The position numbers were made by a program, and so were the translations under genes. A model generated the notes under the pieces. That model ran no database searches, was not told the DNA's origin, and worked only from the letters and a program-made list of their open reading frames with translations. Below are positions 28,277 through 37,373 of a DNA stretch of 64,000 nucleotides, one piece after another. Position 1 is the first letter of the stretch, and each line of letters begins with the position of its first letter. Source of the stretch: an uncultured Gammaproteobacteria bacterium (GTDB lineage Bacteria; Patescibacteriota; Patescibacteriia; Patescibacteriales; UBA12465); assembly GCA_964406935.1 (NCBI GenBank), contig CAYOTM010000001.1:11092-75091 (forward strand). Reading direction: 5' to 3'.

Positions 28277-29133
28277 AAACGCTTAAATTTATTAATCACT
28301 AAAATAAGAGCCAAAACAATTTGCCAACTAATTTTTAAAATTAAAAACTGATAAGAAGGCTGCCACTTTTTAAAATAAGTGAGCATGGAATCACGAAAAT
28401 ATTTTTGTTTTTGGCTAATTTTTACTTGTTTAAAGCTTTGCCCCACCAAGTCTTTTACTTGCGCACTCGGTGTATACCAAACTTCCCCCTTATTTTCGTA
28501 TACTTGACGACAGAAGTCAACTTCCTCAAACCAAATAAAATAATTTTCATCTAGCAGGGGACGGGAATGACCACTAATTTTTTCCCAAGCTTGACAATTA
28601 ATTAAAAAATAAGAGCCTCGGACCGAATCAACCTGAGCCGCTTGAGTATAATCAAAATCCAAAAGCAAATATTGATGTAAAATTCGAGGTAAAAAATGAG
28701 GCAGTTTAAAAATGGTCGCCAATTGATCACCTAAGCGAGGAAACTGTCTAACCTGAGGAATATTTTTTCCCTGCTCATCAATTAATTGAATACCGGTAAC
28801 AACGGCTTGAGGATTATTTTTCGCCCACTTAAGAGATTTATTTAAAGTATCAGGTAACAGTTCCATGTCGGGGTTTAATAATAAAATAAAATCACCGCTA
28901 GCCCGACTGGTCGCTTGATTGCAGGCACGAGCAAAGCCCAGATTAGTTTGATTGCTAATTAACTTTACCTGAGGAAATTGCTGTTTAATCATTTCTTGGC
29001 TACCATCTTGGGAATTATTATCAACTACCAAAATCTCCCAGGAAAAATCTCCCTGGGAATTAATAATTGAACGTAAGTTATTGGCTAATTTTTCTCTCAC
29101 CTGCCAAGAAACAATGACAATCGATAAATCCAT
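28273..29133 (-). CDS. family 2 glycosyltransferase
   Basis: MDLSIVIVSWQVREKL; 4-bp overlap with the downstream GT2 gene. Confidence 0.75.
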   Translation of the reverse strand: MDLSIVIVSWQVREKLANNLRSIINSQGDFSWEILVVDNNSQDGSQEMIKQQFPQVKLISNQTNLGFARACNQATSRASGDFILLLNPDMELLPDTLNKSLKWAKNNPQAVVTGIQLIDEQGKNIPQVRQFPRLGDQLATIFKLPHFLPRILHQYLLLDFDYTQAAQVDSVRGSYFLINCQAWEKISGHSRPLLDENYFIWFEEVDFCRQVYENKGEVWYTPSAQVKDLVGQSFKQVKISQKQKYFRDSMLTYFKKWQPSYQFLILKISWQIVLALILVINKFKRL

Positions 29134-29134
29134 T

Positions 29135-29410
29135 TTATTTTTTTAAATAAATCTTTAGTAATTTAACGGCTGAACGTCGACCCTTAATAATTTTAATGTC
29201 TACCAACAAGGGCTTAAGCTTTTTTTGCAAAAATTTGATTAAGGCTTGGTTAGCCTGACCATCAGTTGGCTTAGCGGTTAAATAAATTTGTAATAAATAA
29301 TTCCCTTGTCCCGGTGACAATAAATTTTTAGGAGACTGGGGGGTCACTTTTACCAGTAAACTATAGCTCGACTGTTGGTTTAAAATTTCTTTAATAAAAT
29401 CAAGCTCCAT
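29135..29410 (-). CDS. DUF167/YggU (UPF0235) family protein
   Basis: LLVKVTPQSPKN...KPTDGQANQALIKFLQKKL...IIKGRRSAVKLLKI matches the YggU pattern. Confidence 0.6.
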   Translation of the reverse strand: MELDFIKEILNQQSSYSLLVKVTPQSPKNLLSPGQGNYLLQIYLTAKPTDGQANQALIKFLQKKLKPLLVDIKIIKGRRSAVKLLKIYLKK

Positions 29411-29412
29411 AG

Positions 29413-30675
29413 TTATTCAGTAAAAATAATAGCGTTGGGCAAATTACGCCCTGGGCCAAGCATATATTCACCATTATAAATCATCGCCGATGAATAGCCA
29501 CCATCAATATTTAAAGCATATTCGAAACCTAAATGTTGAAGAATTCGTACTAAATCATCTAAGCTAGCAGTATTTACCGAAATTAAAGATAATTTACCCT
29601 GACCAGGATTCTGAGGATCATCTCGATAGGCAATTGCATTACGTCGCAACCGACTATTACGTTGACTAACATCAACCTCCCAATCAATTAAAGTATTAAA
29701 GGAATTTTCCAGTAAGCGCGGCTTATTTCCTATAGCCGCTTGCAGTTTTACCCCATACTGAGTTTCAAAGTTGGCCTGACTTTTAAAGTCACGGGAGTCT
29801 TTAAAATAATAAAAGCGATTATTTTCATCAAAGGCAATCAACGGGCCAGTTGTCCAATATTTTAACTGATCATCATTAATCATTAACTGCCGCTGACTAT
29901 CATAAACGGGGAAAAAATAATAGTTATTACCGCCGCAAGAACTGCCGGTACAAAAATAACTACCAGTAAAACCGGTGAAGGCATTATGGGAAAAAACATA
30001 ATCAGCTAAAGATTTGGCCGGGCAAGTTCCCAAACAAGGAATATCTCCGGCGGCTAAAGTTTTAATTTTTAAATTAGGATTACTTAAATCAATCTCAATA
30101 ATATCTAAAGAAAAAGTGCTTCCCTCGAGGGTTAATTTTTGATGCTGATAAGAACTATACTGGTTGATTGATTCACTTCCCCCTGGTTTATGAATTTGCG
30201 CTAAATTATGACGACTAATTCCCAAGCCAAGTTGGCGCATAATATTAAAGGCATCGGTTGGACGACCCAAATAATATTTTTTAAGGTTAAGCGGATTAAT
30301 ATACCAAGCCTCACCATTTTTTTCAACTTGTAAAATAATTCGACCAGACAATCTCCTAGCTAAATCTAAATTACCACTAACTGGCATTTCGGCTTGAGCG
30401 ATTTGCTGAAAATCACTTTCCGTAATCCCTAAGCCAAGTTGGCGCATAATATTAAAGGCATCGGTTGGACGACCCAAATAATAACGGCGTAAATCAACGG
30501 GATTAACATACCAGGCCTCACCGCTCTCCTCAACGCTCAACAAAATTCGCCCCGACAATGACTTGGCTAGTGCCTGCGCATCCTGGGGATAAACCAAAAA
30601 TAAACTAACTATAAAGAAAAAAAATAATAAATAATAAGGTTTTTTCATAAAAAATGGGCTAATTTGACTAATCAA
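29413..30675 (-). CDS. secreted protein: two N-terminal ~57-aa repeats plus C-terminal phosphodiester glycosidase (NAGPA/DUF2233-like) domain
   Basis: Signal peptide. Repeats GRILLSVEESGEAWYVNPVDLRRYYLGRPTDAFNIMRQLGLGI and GRIILQVEKNGEAWYINPLNLKKYYLGRPTDAFNIMRQLGLGI. C-terminus ALNIDGGYSSAM resembles the phosphodiester-glycosidase family. Confidence 0.55.
   Translation of the reverse strand: MISQISPFFMKKPYYLLFFFFIVSLFLVYPQDAQALAKSLSGRILLSVEESGEAWYVNPVDLRRYYLGRPTDAFNIMRQLGLGITESDFQQIAQAEMPVSGNLDLARRLSGRIILQVEKNGEAWYINPLNLKKYYLGRPTDAFNIMRQLGLGISRHNLAQIHKPGGSESINQYSSYQHQKLTLEGSTFSLDIIEIDLSNPNLKIKTLAAGDIPCLGTCPAKSLADYVFSHNAFTGFTGSYFCTGSSCGGNNYYFFPVYDSQRQLMINDDQLKYWTTGPLIAFDENNRFYYFKDSRDFKSQANFETQYGVKLQAAIGNKPRLLENSFNTLIDWEVDVSQRNSRLRRNAIAYRDDPQNPGQGKLSLISVNTASLDDLVRILQHLGFEYALNIDGGYSSAMIYNGEYMLGPGRNLPNAIIFTE
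30218..30540 (-). repeat. intragenic tandem duplication (two ~110-bp units about 208 bp apart, ~58 bp identical core)
   Basis: AAGCCAAGTTGGCGCATAATATTAAAGGCATCGGTTGGACGACCCAAATAATA occurs at about 30226 and 30434. Confidence 0.85.
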
Positions 30676-30839
30676 CCGATCTTAGTAATTATCTCTATTT
30701 TAACCTCTTTAGCTAAAAAAATCAAAAAAAATATTTATTGATCATTGTCAATATTTGCTAAACAGTCAGTATATACTAAAATAGAATAGATGGTTTAAAA
30801 AATAAAAATAAATTAATAATTTTTTAAATAAGCAAATTT

Positions 30840-31352
30840 ATGACTGAGGACAAAACGATTAAGGATAAAAATTACCAACGCCCCAGCTGGGATGAATATT
30901 TTATTAAAATTGCTGACATGGTTGGCTCCAGGGGAACTTGCGATCGTGGACGAGCTGGCTGTGTAATTACTAAACACAAAAGAATTATCTCTACCGGCTA
31001 TGTTGGTTCGCCAGTTGGCCTCCCTCATTGTGATCAAGTCGGTCATGAAATGCATACTGTTTTACAAGAAAATGGTGAGCAATCTCGTCATTGTATTCGG
31101 ACTACTCATGCCGAGCAAAATGCTATTTGCCAAGCAGCTCGCTTTGGGATGTCTCTTGAGGGCGGGACTCTTTATTGTAAAATGACTCCCTGTTATGTCT
31201 GTGCTAAAATGATTATTAACGCTGGCATTAAACGAGTAGTCTGCGCCCAAGACTATCACGGTGGTAGTCGCAGTAAAGAAATATTTAAAGAAGCCGGTGT
31301 AGAATTTACTCAACTGTCAGCCGAGATGACTACTTATCAAGATATGAAATAA
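30840..31352 (+). CDS. dCMP deaminase (ComEB/CMP-dCMP deaminase zinc-binding family)
   Basis: HAEQNAI...[21 protein letters not shown] (H-x-E / PC-x-x-C zinc site). Confidence 0.85.
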   Translation: MTEDKTIKDKNYQRPSWDEYFIKIADMVGSRGTCDRGRAGCVITKHKRIISTGYVGSPVGLPHCDQVGHEMHTVLQENGEQSRHCIRTTHAEQNAICQAARFGMSLEGGTLYCKMTPCYVCAKMIINAGIKRVVCAQDYHGGSRSKEIFKEAGVEFTQLSAEMTTYQDMK

Positions 31353-31383
31353 AAAAAATTTCTTAATTTTATTTTTTAAATTT

Positions 31384-32199
31384 ATGAAACAATATTTAGA
31401 TTTATTAGCCGATGTTTTACATAATGGGCAAGGCAAAGATGATCGAACTGGTACAGGCACAATTAGTGTTTTTGGCCGCCAAATTCGCTGTGATTTACAA
31501 GCTGGCTTTCCGCTTTTGACCACTAAAAAGGTTCACCTTAAATCAATTATTTACGAATTATTATGGTTTTTAAAAGGTGATACCAACATTAAATACCTAA
31601 ATGACCATGGCGTTAATATTTGGAATGAATGGGCCGATGAAAATGGTGATCTGGGACCAATTTACGGGAAACAATGGACTGCCTGGGAAGGTCCAAACGG
31701 TCTAAAAATCAACCAAATTGCCGACGCAGTTAATACCCTAAAAACCAATCCTAGCTCCCGTCGAATTATTGTTAGTGGCTGGAATGTGGCTGATTTAAAA
31801 CAATTAATTGCTGGTCAAAAAACCGCTCCCCCACCTTGTCATACAATTTTTCAATTTTATGTTGATACTAACGATCGCTTATCTTGCCAATTATATCAAC
31901 GGAGTGCTGATATTTTCTTGGGAGTCCCTTTTAATATTGCCTCTTACGCCCTCCTCACGATGATGATTGCCCAAGTAACTGGCAAAAAATTAGGGGAATT
32001 TGTTCACACTTTTGGTGATTTACATATTTATAACAATCACCTGGAGCAAGTTAAAGAACAATTGAGTCGACAACCAAAAGATTTGCCCCAAATGAAAATT
32101 AATCCAGCAGTGAAAGATATTTTTGCTTTTCAGTACGAAGATTTCACTTTAGAAAACTATAATCCCGAGCCGGCGATTAAGGCGCCGATCGCTATTTAA
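31384..32199 (+). CDS. thyA: thymidylate synthase (ThyA, folate-dependent)
   Basis: [31 protein letters not shown] and [11 protein letters not shown] (active-site Cys). Confidence 0.95.
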   Translation: MKQYLDLLADVLHNGQGKDDRTGTGTISVFGRQIRCDLQAGFPLLTTKKVHLKSIIYELLWFLKGDTNIKYLNDHGVNIWNEWADENGDLGPIYGKQWTAWEGPNGLKINQIADAVNTLKTNPSSRRIIVSGWNVADLKQLIAGQKTAPPPCHTIFQFYVDTNDRLSCQLYQRSADIFLGVPFNIASYALLTMMIAQVTGKKLGEFVHTFGDLHIYNNHLEQVKEQLSRQPKDLPQMKINPAVKDIFAFQYEDFTLENYNPEPAIKAPIAI

Positions 32200-32203
32200 T
32201 AAT

Positions 32204-32707
32204 ATGATTCCGGTTACTTTAATGATGGCGATAACCAGTGATGGTTTTATTGCCAAACACCAAGCTCATTTAGCCAATTGGACCAGCAAGGAAGACAAAC
32301 AATTATTTGTCGAAATATCCAAACAACACGGCGTAATTCTAATGGGAGAAAATACTTTTAACACTTTTAAACGGCCGCTTCCGGATAGATTAAATGTGGT
32401 TTTTAGCCGCCAAGCCAATCCGCCAGTGATTGAAAATGTTAAGTGGGTCCAGGGCGACCCAGAAAAAGTATTAAATGAGTTAGAGAAGATGGGCTATCAG
32501 TCAGCTCTTTTAGGGGGCGGTGCTCAACTTAATTCCCTGTTTTTAGAAAAAAAATTAATTAAAGAAATGATCATTACCGTTGAACCTAAATTATTTGGTC
32601 AGGGCTTATCATTATTTGCAGCTGATACAGATTTTAATTTAAAACTAATTAACCTCAAAAAAATTAATGATGATGCTTTTATGATGCACTATCAAATAAT
32701 TTACTAA
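32204..32707 (+). CDS. dihydrofolate reductase-family protein (RibD_C-like fold)
   Basis: MAITSDGFIA...VILMGENTFNTF...LLGGGAQLNSLFL; located directly after thyA. Confidence 0.55.
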   Translation: MIPVTLMMAITSDGFIAKHQAHLANWTSKEDKQLFVEISKQHGVILMGENTFNTFKRPLPDRLNVVFSRQANPPVIENVKWVQGDPEKVLNELEKMGYQSALLGGGAQLNSLFLEKKLIKEMIITVEPKLFGQGLSLFAADTDFNLKLINLKKINDDAFMMHYQIIY

Positions 32708-33270
32708 TGTCTATGAAAAAAATAATCTTTGGCTTAATTAGTGAAATGGCCGGCGGTAAAGATACTGCTAAAAAATATTTGGAAAAAAATTACCAAGCTG
32801 AGAGTTGTCGCTTTTCCTCAATTATGCGAGATATTTTGGATCGTCTTTACTTAGAACAAAGTCGTGTTAATATCCAACGTTTATCAACTAGTTTGCGTCA
32901 AACTTATGGTGAAGATATTTTAGCTAGAACCATTGCGTCTGAGGTCAATAACTTGCGAGCAAATTTGGTGGTGGTTGATGGCGTTAGACGACCAGCCGAC
33001 ATTAAATACTTAAGTGAGTTAAATAATTTTTATTTAGTAGCAATTAAAACCAGCCCCGAATTAAGATACCAAAGACTCGTTAAGCGAGCAGAAAATCCTG
33101 GTGACGCTGATAAAACTTGGGAAGGATTCTTAGCTGACCACAAAACTGAGGCTGATAAAGAAATTGCTAGCCTAATGACTAAGGCAAATTACTTTTTGGA
33201 TAATAATGGTAATTTAGCCGCTCTGTATTTACAAATTGACAAACTGATAAAAGAAGTGCAAAATAATTAA
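32707..33270 (+). CDS. deoxynucleoside monophosphate kinase (phage T4 gp1-like dNMP kinase family)
   Basis: P-loop GLISEMAGGKDT (GKDT, as T4 gp1 SGKDTT) and downstream VVVDGVRRP (D-x-R motif). Confidence 0.5.
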   Translation: MSMKKIIFGLISEMAGGKDTAKKYLEKNYQAESCRFSSIMRDILDRLYLEQSRVNIQRLSTSLRQTYGEDILARTIASEVNNLRANLVVVDGVRRPADIKYLSELNNFYLVAIKTSPELRYQRLVKRAENPGDADKTWEGFLADHKTEADKEIASLMTKANYFLDNNGNLAALYLQIDKLIKEVQNN

Positions 33271-33287
33271 CAAGAAAGTTAAATCAG

Positions 33288-33322
33288 GAGGAGCACAGTG
33301 ATCTAAATCACTGGCTCCTTTT
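33288..33322 (+). terminator. strong stem-loop plus T-run between the dNMP kinase and tmk-dut
   Basis: GGAGCACAGTGAT-ctaa-ATCACTGGCTCC (12 bp with 1 bulge) followed by TTTTAAT. Confidence 0.5.
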
Positions 33323-33335
33323 AATATCTAGGCTT

Positions 33336-34679
33336 ATGACTAATAATTTGGGGAAATTAATTGTGATTGACGGCACTGATGGCGCTGGTAAAACTACCCA
33401 GCTAAAATTATTGCGAGAAACTTTAGAGTACCAAGGCTACCAAATAGAGGAGGCTGATTTTCCCCAATATAATACCAAATCAGCTGGCTTGGTTGAAGAA
33501 TATTTGTCTGGTAAATATGGCGACTCAAAAAGTGTAACCGCCTATCAGGCTGCGATTTTTTATGCAGCTGATCGCTATGACGCTAGCTTTCAAATTAGAC
33601 AATGGCTAAAGGAAGGTAAAATTGTTTTATCTAATCGTTATGTTTCTTCGAGTCTAGGCCATCAAGGAGGAAAAATTGATAATCCCCTAGAGCGTCGTTT
33701 ATTTTTTAATTGGCTATATGATTTAGAATACAAAATTTTTAATCTCCCGCGACCCGATTTATCTTTAATTCTTTATTTAGAGCCAGAAATTGCTCAACAA
33801 TTAGCCAAAGAAAGACAGCGAGAAGACTGGAAAGGAAAAACTAAAGATATTCACGAAGACGATCTCAATCATTTGAAAAAGGCCGCTCAAATTTTCTTAG
33901 AAGTAGCCGACACTTTTCCCGACTTTCGCCTAATTCGTTGTAGTCACCACGGACAAATTTTAAGTCGCAGTGATATCCACTATTTAGTTGGCTTACAAGT
34001 AGCCAAAATTTTAAATGGTCAAAAAACAGTAGCTAAAAATAATTGGCAAGCAGTCGGTAATATCTTAATCAATAACAATGGCATGGTAAATTACGACAGT
34101 AAAATAATTGCTGTTAAAAAAAACATTGAAAATATTAATGCTCCCACAATTAATTCAACCCTTGACTTGGAAGAAGTGATCAAACAATCAAATGAGGAAC
34201 AAATTATTGAAAAACCGACCGACCAAACTATTAACCCCTCGTCAGAAAATAATTCTTTATCTTTAAAATTTGAAAAAATAGTCCCCCAAGCTAAAACGCC
34301 TGAGCGGGCTCATCCTGGTGATGCCGGTCTGGATTTATTTGCAAGTGATAATTATTCCATCCCTCCTTATGGACAGGCCTTAATTCAAACTGGCCTTAAA
34401 TTAGCAATTCCTTCGGGCTACGTTGGTCTAATTTGGGATAAAAGCGGACTCGCTAGCCAAGGTTATACTACAATGGGCGGTGTAATTGATGAAAATTATC
34501 GAGGAGAAATTAAAGTAATCTTTAAAAATTTAAGTGAAGATATTGTTAATATTCAAGCTGGCCAAAAAATTGCGCAACTCCTCATTCAAAAAGTTGAAAT
34601 CCCTGATATTATTGAAGAAAAAGTCGAAATTAATAGCCCACGAGGGGATCAAGGATTCGGCAGCAGTGGCCAATTTTAA
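33336..34679 (+). CDS. tmk-dut: bifunctional fusion protein: thymidylate kinase (about aa 1-215) plus dUTP diphosphatase (about aa 300-447)
   Basis: Tmk: LIVIDGTDGAGKTTQ, DRY, LSNRYVSSSLGHQ. An ~80-aa Asn/Ser-rich linker. Dut: AHPGDAGLDL, GLIWDKSGLASQG, IDENYRGEIKVIF, PRGDQGFGSSG. Confidence 0.85.
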   Translation: MTNNLGKLIVIDGTDGAGKTTQLKLLRETLEYQGYQIEEADFPQYNTKSAGLVEEYLSGKYGDSKSVTAYQAAIFYAADRYDASFQIRQWLKEGKIVLSNRYVSSSLGHQGGKIDNPLERRLFFNWLYDLEYKIFNLPRPDLSLILYLEPEIAQQLAKERQREDWKGKTKDIHEDDLNHLKKAAQIFLEVADTFPDFRLIRCSHHGQILSRSDIHYLVGLQVAKILNGQKTVAKNNWQAVGNILINNNGMVNYDSKIIAVKKNIENINAPTINSTLDLEEVIKQSNEEQIIEKPTDQTINPSSENNSLSLKFEKIVPQAKTPERAHPGDAGLDLFASDNYSIPPYGQALIQTGLKLAIPSGYVGLIWDKSGLASQGYTTMGGVIDENYRGEIKVIFKNLSEDIVNIQAGQKIAQLLIQKVEIPDIIEEKVEINSPRGDQGFGSSGQF

Positions 34680-34705
34680 AAGAGCTCTGAGCTAGCTCTT
34701 TTTTA
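34677..34705 (+). terminator. rho-independent terminator
   Basis: AGAGCT-ctgagct-AGCTCT followed by TTTTTT. Confidence 0.6.
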
Positions 34706-34758
34706 ATAATTAAGAACCGGCCTTCCAAGAAAGAGGTTTTTCCGTTAAAATAGAAGAT

Positions 34759-36267
34759 ATGAAGTATGATATTATTATCGGCCTAGAAATTCACGCCGAA
34801 CTCAATACTAAAAGCAAAATGTTTTGTGCCTGCTTAAATGACAGTGAACAAACAATTCCCAATTCTAATGTTTGTCCAATTTGCTTAGGTCACCCGGGAA
34901 CTTTGCCAGTGCCCAATAAACAAGCCATCGACTGGACTATTTTAGTAGGCATTGCTTTAAACTGCACGGTTAATCGTGATTCAAAATTTGATCGCAAAAA
35001 TTATTTTTACCCCGATCTCCCCAAAGGTTATCAAATATCTCAATATGATGAACCTTTAGCCTATAATGGTTATTTAGAAATTGATGAAGAAAAAATTCCG
35101 ATTACGCGCATTCATTTAGAGGAAGATACTGGTAAATCTTTTCACGCTAAAGATGGTGGGCAAACATTAATTGATTTTAATCGAGCCGGCACCCCTCTTT
35201 TAGAAATGGTTAGCCAACCAGTAATTAAAGATGCAAAGCAAGCTAAAAAATTCTGTCAAAGTTTTCAAAAAATCTTACGTTATTTAGAAGTAAGTCAAGC
35301 TGATATGGAAAAAGGAGAAATGCGCTGTGAAGCTAATATTAGTTTACAATTTCCAGGAAAATGGCAATTAGAAAATGGCATTATTGAGCCTTTAGGAAAA
35401 TCTGAGCTCAATCCTAAGGTTGAAGTTAAAAATATTAATTCTTTTCGAGCCCTAGAAAAAGCGATAAATTATGAAATTAAACGGCAGACCCAAAAATTAG
35501 ATAAGCAAGAAGAAATAATTGCGGAAACTAGGGGTTGGAATGAACAACTTGGAGAAACAGTAGCTCAACGTCGCAAAGAAAGCGCGGCTGACTATCGCTA
35601 TTTCCCTGAACCAGATATTCCTCCTTTAAAAATTAGCCAGGAACAAATTGAACAAATAAAAAATATGCTAGTTGAATTACCAGACACTAAAAAAAAGCGT
35701 TTTATGCGCCAATATGGCCTGCGAGAAGACAGCGCTGAGATTTTAGTTAGCGATAAATATTTAGCTGACTTTACAGAAAAAACCATATCAGAATTAGGAG
35801 CTTGGGTGACGGCTGAAGGCGATAATTTTGAACGTCAAGATCAAAAATTAGCCCAAGTAACCGCTAACTGGCTGAGTGGCGAACTACTCAAACATTTAAA
35901 TAATGAGGGTAAAAAAGCGAAGGACATTATTATTACTCCGGAAAATTTTGCCGAACTAGTATGTCTCGTTTGGCAGGGAAAAATTAATTCTAATACTGGA
36001 CAAAGAATTTTAGAAATTATGTATAAGGAAGGTGGGGACCCAACTGATATCATGGAGCAGTTAGGCTTAGAACAAATTGATAATAATGAGGAATTAAATA
36101 AAATAATTGAACAAGTTATTCGTGAAAACAACAAACAAGTAACCGCCTATAAACAAGGCAAGACACCGATTATTCAATTTTTAATCGGCAAAGCAATGGC
36201 CGCTACTCGAGGAAAAGCTAACCCAACAATTGTTAAAAAATTATTAGAAGAGCGCTTACAGAAATAA
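34759..36267 (+). CDS. gatB: Asp-tRNA(Asn)/Glu-tRNA(Gln) amidotransferase subunit B
   Basis: MKYDIIIGLEIHAELNTKSKMFC; 502 aa. Confidence 0.9.
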   Translation: MKYDIIIGLEIHAELNTKSKMFCACLNDSEQTIPNSNVCPICLGHPGTLPVPNKQAIDWTILVGIALNCTVNRDSKFDRKNYFYPDLPKGYQISQYDEPLAYNGYLEIDEEKIPITRIHLEEDTGKSFHAKDGGQTLIDFNRAGTPLLEMVSQPVIKDAKQAKKFCQSFQKILRYLEVSQADMEKGEMRCEANISLQFPGKWQLENGIIEPLGKSELNPKVEVKNINSFRALEKAINYEIKRQTQKLDKQEEIIAETRGWNEQLGETVAQRRKESAADYRYFPEPDIPPLKISQEQIEQIKNMLVELPDTKKKRFMRQYGLREDSAEILVSDKYLADFTEKTISELGAWVTAEGDNFERQDQKLAQVTANWLSGELLKHLNNEGKKAKDIIITPENFAELVCLVWQGKINSNTGQRILEIMYKEGGDPTDIMEQLGLEQIDNNEELNKIIEQVIRENNKQVTAYKQGKTPIIQFLIGKAMAATRGKANPTIVKKLLEERLQK

Positions 36268-36304
36268 AAATTATTAACGCTAGTAATTTAAATATTTTTT
36301 GATT

Positions 36305-36337
36305 TAAAAAAAACCGATGTCTAAACATCGGTTTTTT
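36305..36337 (+). terminator. terminator after gatB (overlaps the miaA stop codon)
   Basis: ACCGATGT-ctaa-ACATCGGT followed by TTTTTG. Confidence 0.6.
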
Positions 36338-37313
36338 GAAAATCTTTAATCAGCTGACGAGCCTCAGAATAATTATTTACCCAATAAATTTTTTGACCTT
36401 GTTTTTGCCAACGCTTAAACCAAGTTTTCTGACGTTTGGCAAAACGATAAATAGCAGTCGTTAATTTTTCCACCATTTCCGGATAAGTCATTGACCCTTG
36501 CAAATAATAACTAACAAATCGATATTCCAGGCCAAAAGAAATTAACCGCTTAAAAGAAATTCCCTGCTGCTGAAGGCGTTTTACCTCCTCTATGAGTCCT
36601 TCTTTAGACAAACGTGTTTCCAGGCGCTGGCTAATTCTTTTTCTTAAAACTTCATCGGGCGCCTCTAGACCTAAAACTAAAAAATCATACGGCAAAGTTG
36701 TTGACTGTTTTTTAAATAAACCACCAGATTCAATAATTTCTAAATAACGAACTAGACGACGATGATTGTGGCGATCACTATTATTTAATTTTTTAGCAAA
36801 ACTCGGTTTAAGTTCAAGCAGTTTTTCTAAAAGCTCCTGACTACTTAAACTTTCAAGCTCACGACGACGCTGAAGATTGGGTTTAGCCGAGCTTAACTTA
36901 TAATTATTAACCACGGCCTGCAAATAAAGACCGGTGCCTCCGACCAGTAGAGGCAATTTATCGTTTTCGATAATCTTATCTAAGGACTTAAAAGCTAATT
37001 TTTGATAACGAGCTAAATTAAATTTTGTTTTTGGCGAAACAATATCAATCAAATGATAGGGCACTTTATTTTTACCTTGTCCGTATTCAGCTAAGTCCTT
37101 ACCACTGCCAATATCCATCCCGCGATAGACCTGGCGACTATCAGCCGAGATAATTTCACCAGCAAACTGCCGAGCTAGTTTTACGGCCAATGCGGTTTTT
37201 CCACTAGAGGTTGAACCTAAAATAACCACTACTAATTTTGGTCGAAAACCAGCTGATTTAACTACTTTTTCCCCTTGATTTAACCGACTGATTTTTCCTC
37301 TTGACTTTTTCAT
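36321..37313 (-). CDS. miaA: tRNA dimethylallyltransferase
   Basis: VVILGSTSSGKTALAVKLARQF, ADSRQVYRGMDIGSGK. Confidence 0.9.
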   Translation of the reverse strand: MKKSRGKISRLNQGEKVVKSAGFRPKLVVVILGSTSSGKTALAVKLARQFAGEIISADSRQVYRGMDIGSGKDLAEYGQGKNKVPYHLIDIVSPKTKFNLARYQKLAFKSLDKIIENDKLPLLVGGTGLYLQAVVNNYKLSSAKPNLQRRRELESLSSQELLEKLLELKPSFAKKLNNSDRHNHRRLVRYLEIIESGGLFKKQSTTLPYDFLVLGLEAPDEVLRKRISQRLETRLSKEGLIEEVKRLQQQGISFKRLISFGLEYRFVSYYLQGSMTYPEMVEKLTTAIYRFAKRQKTWFKRWQKQGQKIYWVNNYSEARQLIKDFQKTDV

Positions 37314-37373
37314 AGACTATGTTATAATAATTATATGGACTACAAAAGTCCACCAAAAATATCCCAAACCTTA

